Source of the DNA: a virus
IMG/VR virus record: IMGVR_UViG_3300044994_000386
Coordinates: 22,436-86,435 of that record
Reading direction: 5' to 3' (one strand)
Length of the DNA stretch: 64,000 bases
In this document: one piece after another, positions 41,701 through 51,238 of the stretch
Numbering within the stretch: the stretch's first letter is position 1
Layout of the letters: each line of letters opens with the position of its first letter
Made by a program: the position numbers and the translations under genes
The notes under the pieces: model-generated
Database searches by the model: none
The model's input: only the letters and a program-made list of their open reading frames with translations
What the model was told of the DNA's origin: nothing

Positions 41701-41773
41701 TACTTAACATCTCGATCAATTCTTCTGCCATAGTGTCAAATTTTGTATATTCTCTAAACTTTAAAACTTTCAT
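38747..41773 (-). CDS. SCM/RALxW/DRIY family protein with extra N-terminal domain
   Basis: GTLGNSCMR, ARALFW, LDRIY, YPYADT. Confidence 0.75.
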   Translation of the reverse strand: MKVLKFREYTKFDTMAEELIEMLSNPPINEDKKQDYGCRQILNKVFSDLGLNFTLITKFGNGIAAIYPIINELIDNSNLSIEPRKENIVLLTITAVVISYLEERKNKSTKMNLDISDQEIKENAQSLLMELKLRGIGNGIVKKVVKSLIAIGNLIKIIFKNVYNTINGFIDIFAYTSLLVPSMNVIALFVDKYNLNLDTLQSNFLSIGVGVLTIITKKGIDYMIKKLGDKFNLKKDKITQDLDKSQIKKYTHSLDKNYSLDLLIESLLVTSKEFKDIINDMPSDNKIADEIYNIIDYKKDIKTKYNYIDQSDKNDEISFIPDNQYLRFIEKGENLESKTKSKAKIGRMIRQILKDNGYSFTESDIETFVNQFKAIWDMKHGVGREIEIVKGDDIIYWYNESNYFKNSGTLGNSCMRHAKRSEFLRIYADNPDKISMIILKQFDKLIARALFWELDDGRIYLDRIYTIQDSDFDFVYNWALKNIGNDNPNNMPSHYKGNSSVMRCSLKKAVENLYPYADTMCYLYQELDENGQLTGSGFVSNKYNKDDMDSYNGYLVRFIQDTKGGSDIKNYTWSDYLKKWIPKNKAVWAIDVDSWVNEELTVICNHLSERFLKSNCVYNDIVKDWIPKSKMENHETFGPILSGMVVDVIVAYTGDKIDPLDKWIDIKSYKSSVLKLVKGLKSETFTPDTSPIIIIGSFSNELKVIDYRGDNQVDFISYPMYQVVSPSQNSDLSSIFFQYNNKIWVTQLDAEVFDINVDKESTSWVCAFDYLENFKSSIFKRILNLINKSNAPQDLKSKRIKLAETIHNLQKEKSSRYVFINDVAEKIPDENYMEFYSEIFNKAFEELESSSSWNYRGNTSNIIDFILSCAKGLYSSIDTNSIEIMTIIKYFKLCMFFYSLCGSIFDSLLILKDFVKEYDQEDYQSLKSYINGYTDNGFYLIKQFLRYDAGDQIKSKVAEYIYEFASKNRIDGYYLKNYIKEIVWSDLCENPLDSYKIKFLSQFLIKII

Positions 41774-41793
41774 CCAATTATATATTTAATTTA

Positions 41794-42801
41794 CTATTCG
41801 ACTTCTTTATAGGTTTCCCATTTACCCATAGTGTTGTTTAACTTATAATAACTACCACCTTTTGGAGTATAGTTTGTGAGTCTTTTATCTTGAGCATAAC
41901 AAAAAGTATCTAAATAAGGCAAAAATTCATAAGACTCTATAGGATACTTTATATTAATAACAAATGGTTTCCAGAATTCTATACCATTTTTAATATATTT
42001 TACAAAATCACCGGATTTATTTTTTGATCTGTAGGTCATTCTATTTTCTTTAGCGAAGTCTATAAATTTATAGTAGTCTTTTTCGTGTATGTAGTAAACT
42101 CTATCCATAAATAACTCACCATCTTTAGTTTTCCATATTAAAGCTCTTCCGATAATTTTAGCAATAATTTTCCCTGCATTTTTATCAACTTCATCTTCCA
42201 TCAAAGTAAGACATTCAACTACATTATCGTTGTGAGTATAAAGATCAAAAATATAATCACCCAAATCATTCATACATGAGTTCCAAAGCTGATTAGCTTT
42301 TCCATATTTATTAGAATAATTTTGAGTATTATAAGCCATTGGTATACTTTTGTAAATTTCAAAATGATTTTTAATTTTTTGATTTTTAGATTTAAATTTA
42401 TTTACAAAGGTCTCAACTTGATCACTGGTAAATTTGTTAGGGAATAAAATATTCACTAATCTACCGATTTTGATTGGGTTTCTACCTTTATACCAAGTAA
42501 TTGATGCAGGGGTTAAAGGCCTTTGTGTGGTTATTCTTCTAAGATTTTCATCATCTAACTCACTGTAGACAGTATCGCGTAATATTTTACCAGGAACAAA
42601 GGTAACATAGTCTTCTTTAAACTCTGTGTCTATGAGTGTGTAATTTTTAAATTCTTTTAATTTATTAAGATGTAGTAATTCTTTAGCAATCGGATCACCA
42701 TCGATTGAGCTCAAAATATAAAGCATAGCTTCAGATAAATGAAATGGAAATCCTAAAGATTTATTTTCTAATATGAATTCTTCAAAATTATAAATTAACA
42801 C
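41794..42801 (-). CDS. SCM/RALxW/DRIY family protein, minimal form
   Basis: LWNSCMN, GRALIW, MDRVY, LPYLDT. Confidence 0.75.
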   Translation of the reverse strand: MLIYNFEEFILENKSLGFPFHLSEAMLYILSSIDGDPIAKELLHLNKLKEFKNYTLIDTEFKEDYVTFVPGKILRDTVYSELDDENLRRITTQRPLTPASITWYKGRNPIKIGRLVNILFPNKFTSDQVETFVNKFKSKNQKIKNHFEIYKSIPMAYNTQNYSNKYGKANQLWNSCMNDLGDYIFDLYTHNDNVVECLTLMEDEVDKNAGKIIAKIIGRALIWKTKDGELFMDRVYYIHEKDYYKFIDFAKENRMTYRSKNKSGDFVKYIKNGIEFWKPFVINIKYPIESYEFLPYLDTFCYAQDKRLTNYTPKGGSYYKLNNTMGKWETYKEVE

Positions 42802-42944
42802 ATTGATATATATTAAAATAAAATATTTTGAAAATGAATCATTATAGTAAAAAAATCAAAAAAAAACCTTGACAAATAAAATCAATATAAATAAATTTTA
42901 AATACTAATATATATATATACAATAAAAAATAAAAAAATTCTAT

Positions 42945-43121
42945 ATGAAACACATTAAATTATTTGAAGATTTTGAATACGACGAAGAAAATCAAAACAA
43001 AGAAGAAAGTTCGGAATATAGCGATTTTGATTACGAAAAGGATTATTTTGACTACGAAGAAGAATTAAAAAATGAAGAAGTTCATGAATCAAAAAAAAAA
43101 TCAAAATTTGATTTTTTTTAG
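42945..43121 (+). CDS. Small acidic protein (58 aa), below the ORF-track cutoff
   Basis: MKHIKLFEDFEYDEENQNKEESSEYSDFDYEKDYF...; TAATATATA at 42906-42914. Confidence 0.6.
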   Translation: MKHIKLFEDFEYDEENQNKEESSEYSDFDYEKDYFDYEEELKNEEVHESKKKSKFDFF

Positions 43122-43225
43122 AAAACGATAAGTGTTGTTATAATAAAGAGTCAATGAAAAAAATCAACAAAAAAGACAATAAGAAAGAAAATAAAAAAAA
43201 AGATGAACTTTAAGAAGAATTTATT

Positions 43226-44896
43226 TTAGGAAACTTTAGTTTCAATTTTCTTAATTGAAACTTGTACCCAATGTGGTATTAGATGAGATGAATATCTCAA
43301 AACGTCAGAAAAGGAGCTATCAATAATAATCGTATCAGCATAATCATTCATTGACCTCACACTTCTACCTGTCATTTGTAATAAACTGCAAATAGTTCGC
43401 CAAGCATACCAATCCGGATTATTAGATTGTCTCATTTTATTTTTCTGAGAGGCTAAACTTGGATAAGGTATTTTAGCAATGATTTGAAAACGACTCTTAT
43501 CGTGGTCGAAAGATACACCAGTACCGACTGATGGACTAACAAAAACAGTAGGTTTATCAGATTCAAAATGTGCCCTCAAAATTTCATCTTTATTCGAAGA
43601 ATCGTGGAAAATTAATCTCGGTTCTTTTATACTACTCTCAATCCAATTAGCTAATTCAAAAGAGTTAGTATGAATAATGCCCTTATGATTCTCATACTTT
43701 TTAAGTAGCCTTTTGATATAAGGTACATAATTCTTAAAAGTTTCTTCTTTTTTAGAAAAGGACATTTTACCAAGTGGCATATAATATATTGGTCTGTTTT
43801 TAACTGGAAAAGGTGAATCAACCGAATAGTAAATTGCCTTATCTGGATCAATGCCATTTAAATTACAAAACAATCCTTTGTCTAATATAGTTCCTGACAT
43901 TAAGATTACTAAATCATAACGTGACCAAACATATTTATCGAGATAGTCAAAAGCCCAAATAGGTTCGAGTGAAAGGTCTTTTTGTTTTGTTTTTTCGTTA
44001 TAGGTTGATTCTAATACCCAGTTATTGGGATTTGCCTTATACTCTTTCAAGAACACATCAATTTTCAAAATATATTGTTTGAGATCATTAATAATTTGCA
44101 TTTTTTTGACATCGGCATTTTTAGTACCAAATAATTTATCAATCTTCAATTCTCTTTTATCAGATTTGATATTACGATCACCTGACATTGATTTTTCAAT
44201 TTGATCTATAGTATCATTGATCTCACCAATTAAATAATTTAAAAATTCTATATAATCATTGATTGACTTTACATTATGAAGTGCCTTAATGATTTCATAT
44301 TCATTAACAAATTTTAATCTTTTAATAATAGTCTCTGTGATTTTAATTGAAATAAAATCGGACATAACATCATCAAACTCATGTGCCTCATCAACAATCA
44401 AAACATTTGATTTACGTTGCTCATTTATACCATTATTATAAACTGCATATATTAGATAAAGATAAAAATTAGTTAATGAAACTTGACCTGAAATATAACT
44501 ATTTCTAGCATTGTCATAGGGACAACTATCACAAGAAGTTTTATTCAGTCTATTAAATTCTTTACCTTGAGCACAAGAACATTCGTAAGAAGTACAAGAA
44601 TAATTTTCTTTTCCTTTTAAATTATTGATTGATTCATATTCTTCGTCATATTGATCTTGTAGAATTTTTCCAGCAGTTACTATATCAATTTTAGCAGATT
44701 TATTAACTTTAGTTGTATACCACTCGGAGATCATCATTGCTAGATGTGATTTTCCAGTACCCACAGGCATGTTCAAAAGAAAAAACTTTGAATCAGGATT
44801 TGTATCAATTTTGGATTTTATAAATTCAAGAGCATCTTTTTGCTCTTTACGAGGTGTATATTTTGCAACATCATTTCTGAGATTTTTATAAGCCAT
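43226..44896 (-). CDS. DinG/XPD-like SF2 helicase
   Basis: PRKEQ, MPVGTGKS, KGKENYSC, Cys cluster, VDEAH, MSGT, KIPYP, QMTGRSVR. Confidence 0.9.
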   Translation of the reverse strand: MAYKNLRNDVAKYTPRKEQKDALEFIKSKIDTNPDSKFFLLNMPVGTGKSHLAMMISEWYTTKVNKSAKIDIVTAGKILQDQYDEEYESINNLKGKENYSCTSYECSCAQGKEFNRLNKTSCDSCPYDNARNSYISGQVSLTNFYLYLIYAVYNNGINEQRKSNVLIVDEAHEFDDVMSDFISIKITETIIKRLKFVNEYEIIKALHNVKSINDYIEFLNYLIGEINDTIDQIEKSMSGDRNIKSDKRELKIDKLFGTKNADVKKMQIINDLKQYILKIDVFLKEYKANPNNWVLESTYNEKTKQKDLSLEPIWAFDYLDKYVWSRYDLVILMSGTILDKGLFCNLNGIDPDKAIYYSVDSPFPVKNRPIYYMPLGKMSFSKKEETFKNYVPYIKRLLKKYENHKGIIHTNSFELANWIESSIKEPRLIFHDSSNKDEILRAHFESDKPTVFVSPSVGTGVSFDHDKSRFQIIAKIPYPSLASQKNKMRQSNNPDWYAWRTICSLLQMTGRSVRSMNDYADTIIIDSSFSDVLRYSSHLIPHWVQVSIKKIETKVS

Positions 44897-44942
44897 AATA
44901 ATTATATTAAAGATTTATATATAGTTTATTAATATATAATAA

Positions 44943-45596
44943 ATGAAATTTATAAAAAAATACGAAAATTTTAATTCAGAGCCTTTACACATATTCGATT
45001 TTGATAATACTTTAGTAGACACGCCATCTTTCGAGGAATTAGTATATAAAATGATTAAAGAAGACGTTAATGTTAAAACTTTACTGAATAGGTCTATCAA
45101 AATTTTAGGCGTTTCTATTAATGATCTGAAATGGGAAAACGGTCGAATTTATGTAAGTGATCCTGAAAATAAACTAACACCAACTAAAAATTGGATCAGA
45201 AAAGGAAAACGTTTATACCTTACACCACCAGATAAATTCTATTATTTGGATGAATCTTTACCAACTGGACTTTTAAATTTATCTGAAAAATACAAAGAAG
45301 TTAAAAATAAAGCAATTTTGACCGGTAGAACAATTGACATGAAAGATAAGATTTTAGAAACTTTGAAAAGATTAGGATTGGAAGAACCAAATTTTGGTCT
45401 TTTTTGTTATCCAAACCGTTCACAAACTTCTGATAAAGTTGCTGTCTGGAAAGGCAAAACTATTATTAAATTGATACAAGAAACAGGTTTTAAAGAAGTT
45501 TATTTCTATGAAGATAAGATTAAGTGGTTAAAAACAACCACCAAAATGGTTAAAGAAAAGTTACCGGAAGTCAAATTCAAACCAATAAAAGTTTAG
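44943..45596 (+). CDS. HAD phosphatase-like protein
   Basis: FDFDNTLVDTP, LTGR, WK, FYED; starts MKFIKKYENF. Confidence 0.7.
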   Translation: MKFIKKYENFNSEPLHIFDFDNTLVDTPSFEELVYKMIKEDVNVKTLLNRSIKILGVSINDLKWENGRIYVSDPENKLTPTKNWIRKGKRLYLTPPDKFYYLDESLPTGLLNLSEKYKEVKNKAILTGRTIDMKDKILETLKRLGLEEPNFGLFCYPNRSQTSDKVAVWKGKTIIKLIQETGFKEVYFYEDKIKWLKTTTKMVKEKLPEVKFKPIKV

Positions 45597-47089
45597 TTTA
45601 ATTCGGCCTCAAGTTGTTTGATTTCATCCAATACCTTCTTGAGTTCATCTTTTTTCTTCATCATGATCTTCTTATTCTTCTTTCTATCAGCATAAACTTC
45701 TTCAAGCATTTTAAGTGTAGGTGAGTTTCGTTTTTCAAACACCACACCATTTACACAAACCACATGCTTTTGAGGATCAATTTTAACACCATTATCGCAG
45801 TAATCTGGTCGATTAGGATCTTTAACACCAACAAAAGTTTCTGGTGCAATAAAAAATTGTCTTTGAGTTGTTGGATATAATGAGGCAAAGTCATAACAAA
45901 CTACCCACTGATTCAAGCCTTGTATTGGATCTTTAACCCAACCACCAACAATTCCTGCGTTATCATTATTATTTTTATCACCTCTAAAAAGTACGATTTT
46001 TTCTTGTTCCCTGAATCTATTTCTAAGCATCCCTTCAGTAATCGCAAGTGAACCAAGAGCATTGTTTACTGATGAAATAACATCCACAATTTTTATCCTG
46101 GCAAGCGAAGATATCGCATAAATTATTGATATGTAGTTACGAGATTCATGTATCTTTTGAACTAGAACAGAGTCAACTGCGTTATAATACATAAACGTTT
46201 CAAAATCATCTTCGTATAACTTTTGCAATGAACCGTTGTACTTAATTTTCTCAACACCAACCAATTTACTCGATACGAAGTCTAATGATGAAGACTCTTT
46301 AACTTTAATTGAAGTATCACAGATTTCATAAAGTTGCATGTAATCAAAAATCATTCTATGTGCTGGTATTTCTTGATTTGACATCCAAACTTTATTTAAT
46401 CGCTTAGTCAAAGAAGAAACTGCCGGATCAATAGTATATTCTTTACCGTTTACTGTCTTTTTTAATTTACGAGCACGATTTACCAAGTAAACCCAGTCAT
46501 AATTTACGAAGTTCCAACCCGTTATTAGTGGCATTTTTGGAATCATCTTATAAAAGAAATTATACATCATGTCAAATTCATCATCATATTTGATGTACTT
46601 AAATTTATATTCGGTGCCAAACTTTTCGAAATATTTATTAGTATTATCTTTGATACGCTTTTGCATATCTTCTGGCATATCTTTTAAACCCAAAAGAATG
46701 ATCTTATCATCGTAAACAATTGAAATAGAAAGTACGCGAGTTGGCGCGGTTTCAGCATCGGGAAATCCATCTATTATTTCGGTCTCAATATCAACAAAGT
46801 ATATCTTAGGTAAATTAAATTCAAATATTTCTTCTTTTTCTTTTTCTGGAAGAGCGTCTAAAAAATCATAAACTGAGTATCTATCTGGTTGTGAAACTGG
46901 AATCTTTTTTACTGGCTTACCATCACATGATCGATAATTTAAATCACGATCTTTATCATCTGGTTCACAAACAACATATTTGGTTGGATTATCCCAATCG
47001 TAGTATTTTAATTTAATATCTCCAGTCTTATTTACATAACTGATTATTAAACGCTTTGTGTTACTTAAATATTGACAATCCACTAACAT
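45593..47089 (-). CDS. Family B DNA polymerase N-terminal subunit (exonuclease plus motif A)
   Basis: DIET, GWNFVNYD, YNAVD, YDFASLYP; stops before motifs B and C. Confidence 0.85.
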   Translation of the reverse strand: MLVDCQYLSNTKRLIISYVNKTGDIKLKYYDWDNPTKYVVCEPDDKDRDLNYRSCDGKPVKKIPVSQPDRYSVYDFLDALPEKEKEEIFEFNLPKIYFVDIETEIIDGFPDAETAPTRVLSISIVYDDKIILLGLKDMPEDMQKRIKDNTNKYFEKFGTEYKFKYIKYDDEFDMMYNFFYKMIPKMPLITGWNFVNYDWVYLVNRARKLKKTVNGKEYTIDPAVSSLTKRLNKVWMSNQEIPAHRMIFDYMQLYEICDTSIKVKESSSLDFVSSKLVGVEKIKYNGSLQKLYEDDFETFMYYNAVDSVLVQKIHESRNYISIIYAISSLARIKIVDVISSVNNALGSLAITEGMLRNRFREQEKIVLFRGDKNNNDNAGIVGGWVKDPIQGLNQWVVCYDFASLYPTTQRQFFIAPETFVGVKDPNRPDYCDNGVKIDPQKHVVCVNGVVFEKRNSPTLKMLEEVYADRKKNKKIMMKKKDELKKVLDEIKQLEAELN

Positions 47090-47104
47090 ATATATAATTA
47101 TTTT

Positions 47105-47641
47105 TTAAAAATCGATATCAAAGTAATCTAAAATCTCGCCATTCTTTTTTATCACTAATTCTAATTCTCCCCTTTTCAAAATTTGATACTCATAATATCT
47201 ACCAATTTTAAATAAAGTACGAATGAAAGGGATATCTTCCGAGTTCTTATTGATTCTATCTAAATCGACCATAAGGCATAACACCTTTCTATCATCCTCA
47301 GTATTATAGTTTATGATATTTGGATCTTGGTTTTGGGTAAGCACGGATTTATTATAACAAATAAACTTGGTTTCTAATATTTCGCCGCTTGGTATATATC
47401 TAATAGAAATATCATCACCAGGTTGTAGTACTTTATCCTCTTCCCTTAGATAAACTCGAATCCATAAATAAATTCTTTGTTTCTCAATAATTTCAGTTCG
47501 GGGTTTAAAGTCACCTTCTTCTTTTATATTTGTAGTGTCAATAGATTTGATTTGCTCAATTATTTCTTCTTGATAATTTTTAATGTTTTTAGATAGAACT
47601 TTTCTATCTAAGAATGGATCTTGTTGAGAAAATAAATTCAT
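47105..47641 (-). CDS. Hypothetical protein
   Basis: 178 aa, co-oriented with the polymerase. Confidence 0.65.
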   Translation of the reverse strand: MNLFSQQDPFLDRKVLSKNIKNYQEEIIEQIKSIDTTNIKEEGDFKPRTEIIEKQRIYLWIRVYLREEDKVLQPGDDISIRYIPSGEILETKFICYNKSVLTQNQDPNIINYNTEDDRKVLCLMVDLDRINKNSEDIPFIRTLFKIGRYYEYQILKRGELELVIKKNGEILDYFDIDF

Positions 47642-47666
47642 TATTATATGGATTTTATTTTTTATA

Positions 47667-49697
47667 TTAATCCAAATAATTATTGTTTATTAAGTCTCTA
47701 AATTTTTTTTGATTGGTTAAAAAAATATAAAAAATATCCATCCAAAAAACACCTTTATAATTATTCCAAATACATTTATATTTGATCAGATCGAAAACAA
47801 CTTTGACAAAGTCTAAAATTAAAGTAAGAATAGTTGATGAATCGTATTTTTCTGATTTGAAAGTTTTAATAATTTCGTTTGAAATTTGATTTTTAATATC
47901 TTGATCAATCTCACTCGAATTTTGCCAGAAACCTAAATGCCACCTTCTTGGATCTTCCAGTAATTCTCGTGATATACTTTCTAAAGAAACTAAAAAATCG
48001 GGATTTGAAGATTCCAAATCTTTAAATGAATTGATTCTATTTTGATAGACAGTTTCGAATATGGATTTAAAATTTTCATCGAAAGCATCAGCCCATAAAG
48101 ACATAAACTGATGTATACCAAATTTATAGATTGTGTTTCTTGCATTAAAAATAGTACCTCTTTTATCTAAAATCTCATCGGTGGCTGTTAGTTGATCATC
48201 TTTTATACTTCTAATATCATAGTCTTTATCTTCAATCATTTTTTCTATTTTTTTGTAAAGTAAATAATTATAATATTCTTTTATAAAGATTACATATAAC
48301 ATCTTTTTAGGATTTTTTAGATCTAACTTAATATTGAAAAGTTTTTGATCCACTTCAACTGCTAAGTATTTTTCTTTATCATCTAAGATATTGTAAATCT
48401 TTCTATATTTTTCAACAGATTCTGGTTCAACTTGATATACGGTCCATATATTTTTCTTGATTCCTATATTACCATCATCGTCTTCTTCAGTTAGATCTAT
48501 TAAAAAGCTTTTGCCTGAAATATCATCATAAAATATATCTTCATCATCATCTGGATAATAGTCATAATTTTTTTCTTCTTGATCTAAGTAAACTTTAACG
48601 GCAACATTCTCATCATAATAATCGTTATATTTTTTTGAGTAAACTGCGGTATCATACCAAATATAAGAGTTATGATAATTGGAGTATAAAGCATTATTTA
48701 TATGTATATAAGAATTAAGATAATCGGACCAAATTACTTGATCAGATGGATAACTTTCATCTTCGTATTCACAATAAACTATATCCATTAAAACGCCTTC
48801 ACCATTTATGTTTCTTAACTCAAGTGTATTCTTTTTGTTTTTTATTTCGTAGTCACCAGTATATAAAGTTTTATCTAACGTATCATAATAAATGAAGCTA
48901 TCCATATAAGGATAATAATCATAAGTACCATCAGCATTAGATTTACCAGTTAATTTAACTTTCATATCATTATTATTTTTAGAAATCTTAAAATTATCAT
49001 TAACCCATTTTTCAATCAAGTTAGTATCGGAATCTAATGTGAAATAAATCCTATCTAAATATAAACCATAATTTGTTTTCCAAAGTAAAGCTCTGCCACG
49101 TAATTTATTATCATTATCTATATAAATCACCAAGCTACATTCTTCAGGATTATTTACATAGATATCTAAAAATTTTTGACAATTCGGATATCTCATACAA
49201 GATTTTCCCAAAGAGCCTTTTCCCGAAAGTGTTTCTTGACAATAGTTATCTTGTAGATACCAAAATCTGATGTCTTCACCTTTAACAACTCTAATCGATT
49301 CAACTTTTGAAGTCTTGATTTTATTAGCGTCATAGGCTGATTTAAACTTATTCACAAATTTTTCAATCTCATAGTCAGTATATTCGATTTGATTATCGGT
49401 TAGAATCGATCTAACTATTCTACCAATTGTAGTTTGATTTGACTTTTCACTAAAAAGATCATTCGGATTTAGACCAGACTTTAACTTATTTGTTATTTGA
49501 GAATCAGGTATGAAAGATAATTTATCATGTTTGCGTGTTAAATCAATGAAGTTATATTTAGTCTTTATATCTTTATTAATTAATTGACTAAATTTTTTAG
49601 CAATTGGATCATCAATTGATTTAATTAAATTCAAAAAATAATCAGAAGTCAATAAAATAGATTCTAATATAAATTCATAGTAGCTTTTAAGTTTCAT
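47667..49697 (-). CDS. SCM/RALxW/DRIY family protein
   Basis: GSLGKSCMR, GRALLW, LDRIY, YPYMDS. Confidence 0.75.
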   Translation of the reverse strand: MKLKSYYEFILESILLTSDYFLNLIKSIDDPIAKKFSQLINKDIKTKYNFIDLTRKHDKLSFIPDSQITNKLKSGLNPNDLFSEKSNQTTIGRIVRSILTDNQIEYTDYEIEKFVNKFKSAYDANKIKTSKVESIRVVKGEDIRFWYLQDNYCQETLSGKGSLGKSCMRYPNCQKFLDIYVNNPEECSLVIYIDNDNKLRGRALLWKTNYGLYLDRIYFTLDSDTNLIEKWVNDNFKISKNNNDMKVKLTGKSNADGTYDYYPYMDSFIYYDTLDKTLYTGDYEIKNKKNTLELRNINGEGVLMDIVYCEYEDESYPSDQVIWSDYLNSYIHINNALYSNYHNSYIWYDTAVYSKKYNDYYDENVAVKVYLDQEEKNYDYYPDDDEDIFYDDISGKSFLIDLTEEDDDGNIGIKKNIWTVYQVEPESVEKYRKIYNILDDKEKYLAVEVDQKLFNIKLDLKNPKKMLYVIFIKEYYNYLLYKKIEKMIEDKDYDIRSIKDDQLTATDEILDKRGTIFNARNTIYKFGIHQFMSLWADAFDENFKSIFETVYQNRINSFKDLESSNPDFLVSLESISRELLEDPRRWHLGFWQNSSEIDQDIKNQISNEIIKTFKSEKYDSSTILTLILDFVKVVFDLIKYKCIWNNYKGVFWMDIFYIFLTNQKKFRDLINNNYLD

Positions 49698-49724
49698 AAA
49701 ATTCTTATTTTTAGTAATTATGAT

Positions 49725-49740
49725 TTAATATATATATTAA
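49725..49740. promoter_or_regulatory. Palindromic bidirectional late-type promoter TTAATATATATATTAA
   Basis: Perfect 16-bp palindrome between divergent genes, giving TAATATATA on both strands. Confidence 0.6.
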
Positions 49741-49758
49741 AATTATAAATAAAATTTA

Positions 49759-50505
49759 ATGGTACAAAAATTTTTTGAGTATGTCGTAGGAAAATTTGAA
49801 CCGATTAAATCTTTCTATTTGAAAGATGAATTGAATCCAAAAGTTTGGCCTTATGGTGATGAGAAAATAAATCAATCAATTAAAGAAGACCTACTTGAAA
49901 TCTCAAAAGACTATTTCGAAAATTTAGAAATAAAAGCCAAACTAAAAGATATAGTTTTGACTGGTTCATTAGCTAATTTCAATTGGTCAGAATATTCAGA
50001 CTTTGATGTACATTTAATTTTTGATTTCGGTGAAGTCAATAAAGATGAAGAATTAGTAAGGAAGTATCTTGATGCGGTTGAAAAGGTTTGGAAACTTCAA
50101 CATGACATCACAATTGAAGGATATCAAGTTGAAATTTATTGTCAAGATTCAAAACAAGATCACTTCTCAACTGGTCAATATTCATTATTAAAAGATAAAT
50201 GGCTTGTTAAGCCAACTAGAGAAAATTTTGTTCCAGATGAAGATCTAATTAAACGTAAGGCTGGGCAAATCATGTCAATTATTGAAGATTTAGAGAACGA
50301 CTTAAAGGAAAATAAAAGTTATGAATTAATCAGTTCTAAACTTAAAAAAGTTTGGAAAAAGATTAAAGATAGTCGTAAAGCCGGACTCGAAAGAGAAGGT
50401 GAATACTCTGTTGAGAATTTAGTATTTAAACTTCTTAGAAGAAATGGTTATATAGGGAAAATCCTAGATTTAAAAAGAAAAGCATATGATAAAAAATTTA
50501 AATAA
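49759..50505 (+). CDS. Pol-beta-fold nucleotidyltransferase
   Basis: LTGSLANFNWSEYSDFDVH, VEIY, GEYSVENLVFK.LRR. Confidence 0.8.
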   Translation: MVQKFFEYVVGKFEPIKSFYLKDELNPKVWPYGDEKINQSIKEDLLEISKDYFENLEIKAKLKDIVLTGSLANFNWSEYSDFDVHLIFDFGEVNKDEELVRKYLDAVEKVWKLQHDITIEGYQVEIYCQDSKQDHFSTGQYSLLKDKWLVKPTRENFVPDEDLIKRKAGQIMSIIEDLENDLKENKSYELISSKLKKVWKKIKDSRKAGLEREGEYSVENLVFKLLRRNGYIGKILDLKRKAYDKKFK

Positions 50506-51199
50506 TATGACACCAATTAGAATAACAGAAATAGAACAAACTTTCAAAGAAATTTTTGAAAAAGAAGAAGGCAAAGTAGTTTCAGTAGATTCGGTTTATG
50601 AGAAATCCGATAGTGGTAATTTTTATAAATTAGTAATCTCTATACATGGACTTTCGGTGCAGGATACTTTTATTATTCACACAAAATTCATATTTAAAAC
50701 TGATTTAGAAAAGAAAAACGTAATTGAAGAATCATTTATTTATCTTTATGATATCAATTGTGTATATCACAAAGTTAATTTCAATAATGTGTTAGATATG
50801 AAGAAAAAAATCGAAGACATCATTGAATCTAACGACTTTGGTGAAGATATTAAAATCCTTTCTGATTTCATTGGTGCACCTTCTATGTTTTTAAATTATT
50901 ACTTAAAAAGATCTAAAATTACTGATTACTCAGTCTATGATGTGATCTATGAACCAAAATTCAAGACTCAACCTTGTGAAGAAACTACATTTGATTTCGA
51001 AATAAACATTAACAACAACTACAAAATAGATTTATCAATACAAAAAACTAATCGAAAAGCGGATGAAGAATTTGATACCTACACTTTTAGGTTCAAATTT
51101 TTAGATGAATATACAACTATAAAAACCGATTCTATTTCAAATATTCACTTTTTTATTGGTTCACAGATTGCTAAAATATTAGATAAAAAGTTAAAATAA
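50486..51199 (+). CDS. Hypothetical protein
   Basis: 237 aa; real start may be 50507. Confidence 0.65.
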   Translation: MIKNLNNMTPIRITEIEQTFKEIFEKEEGKVVSVDSVYEKSDSGNFYKLVISIHGLSVQDTFIIHTKFIFKTDLEKKNVIEESFIYLYDINCVYHKVNFNNVLDMKKKIEDIIESNDFGEDIKILSDFIGAPSMFLNYYLKRSKITDYSVYDVIYEPKFKTQPCEETTFDFEININNNYKIDLSIQKTNRKADEEFDTYTFRFKFLDEYTTIKTDSISNIHFFIGSQIAKILDKKLK

Positions 51200-51238
51200 T
51201 AAATTAATATATAAACTAATAAAAATAAATCTTCATTT

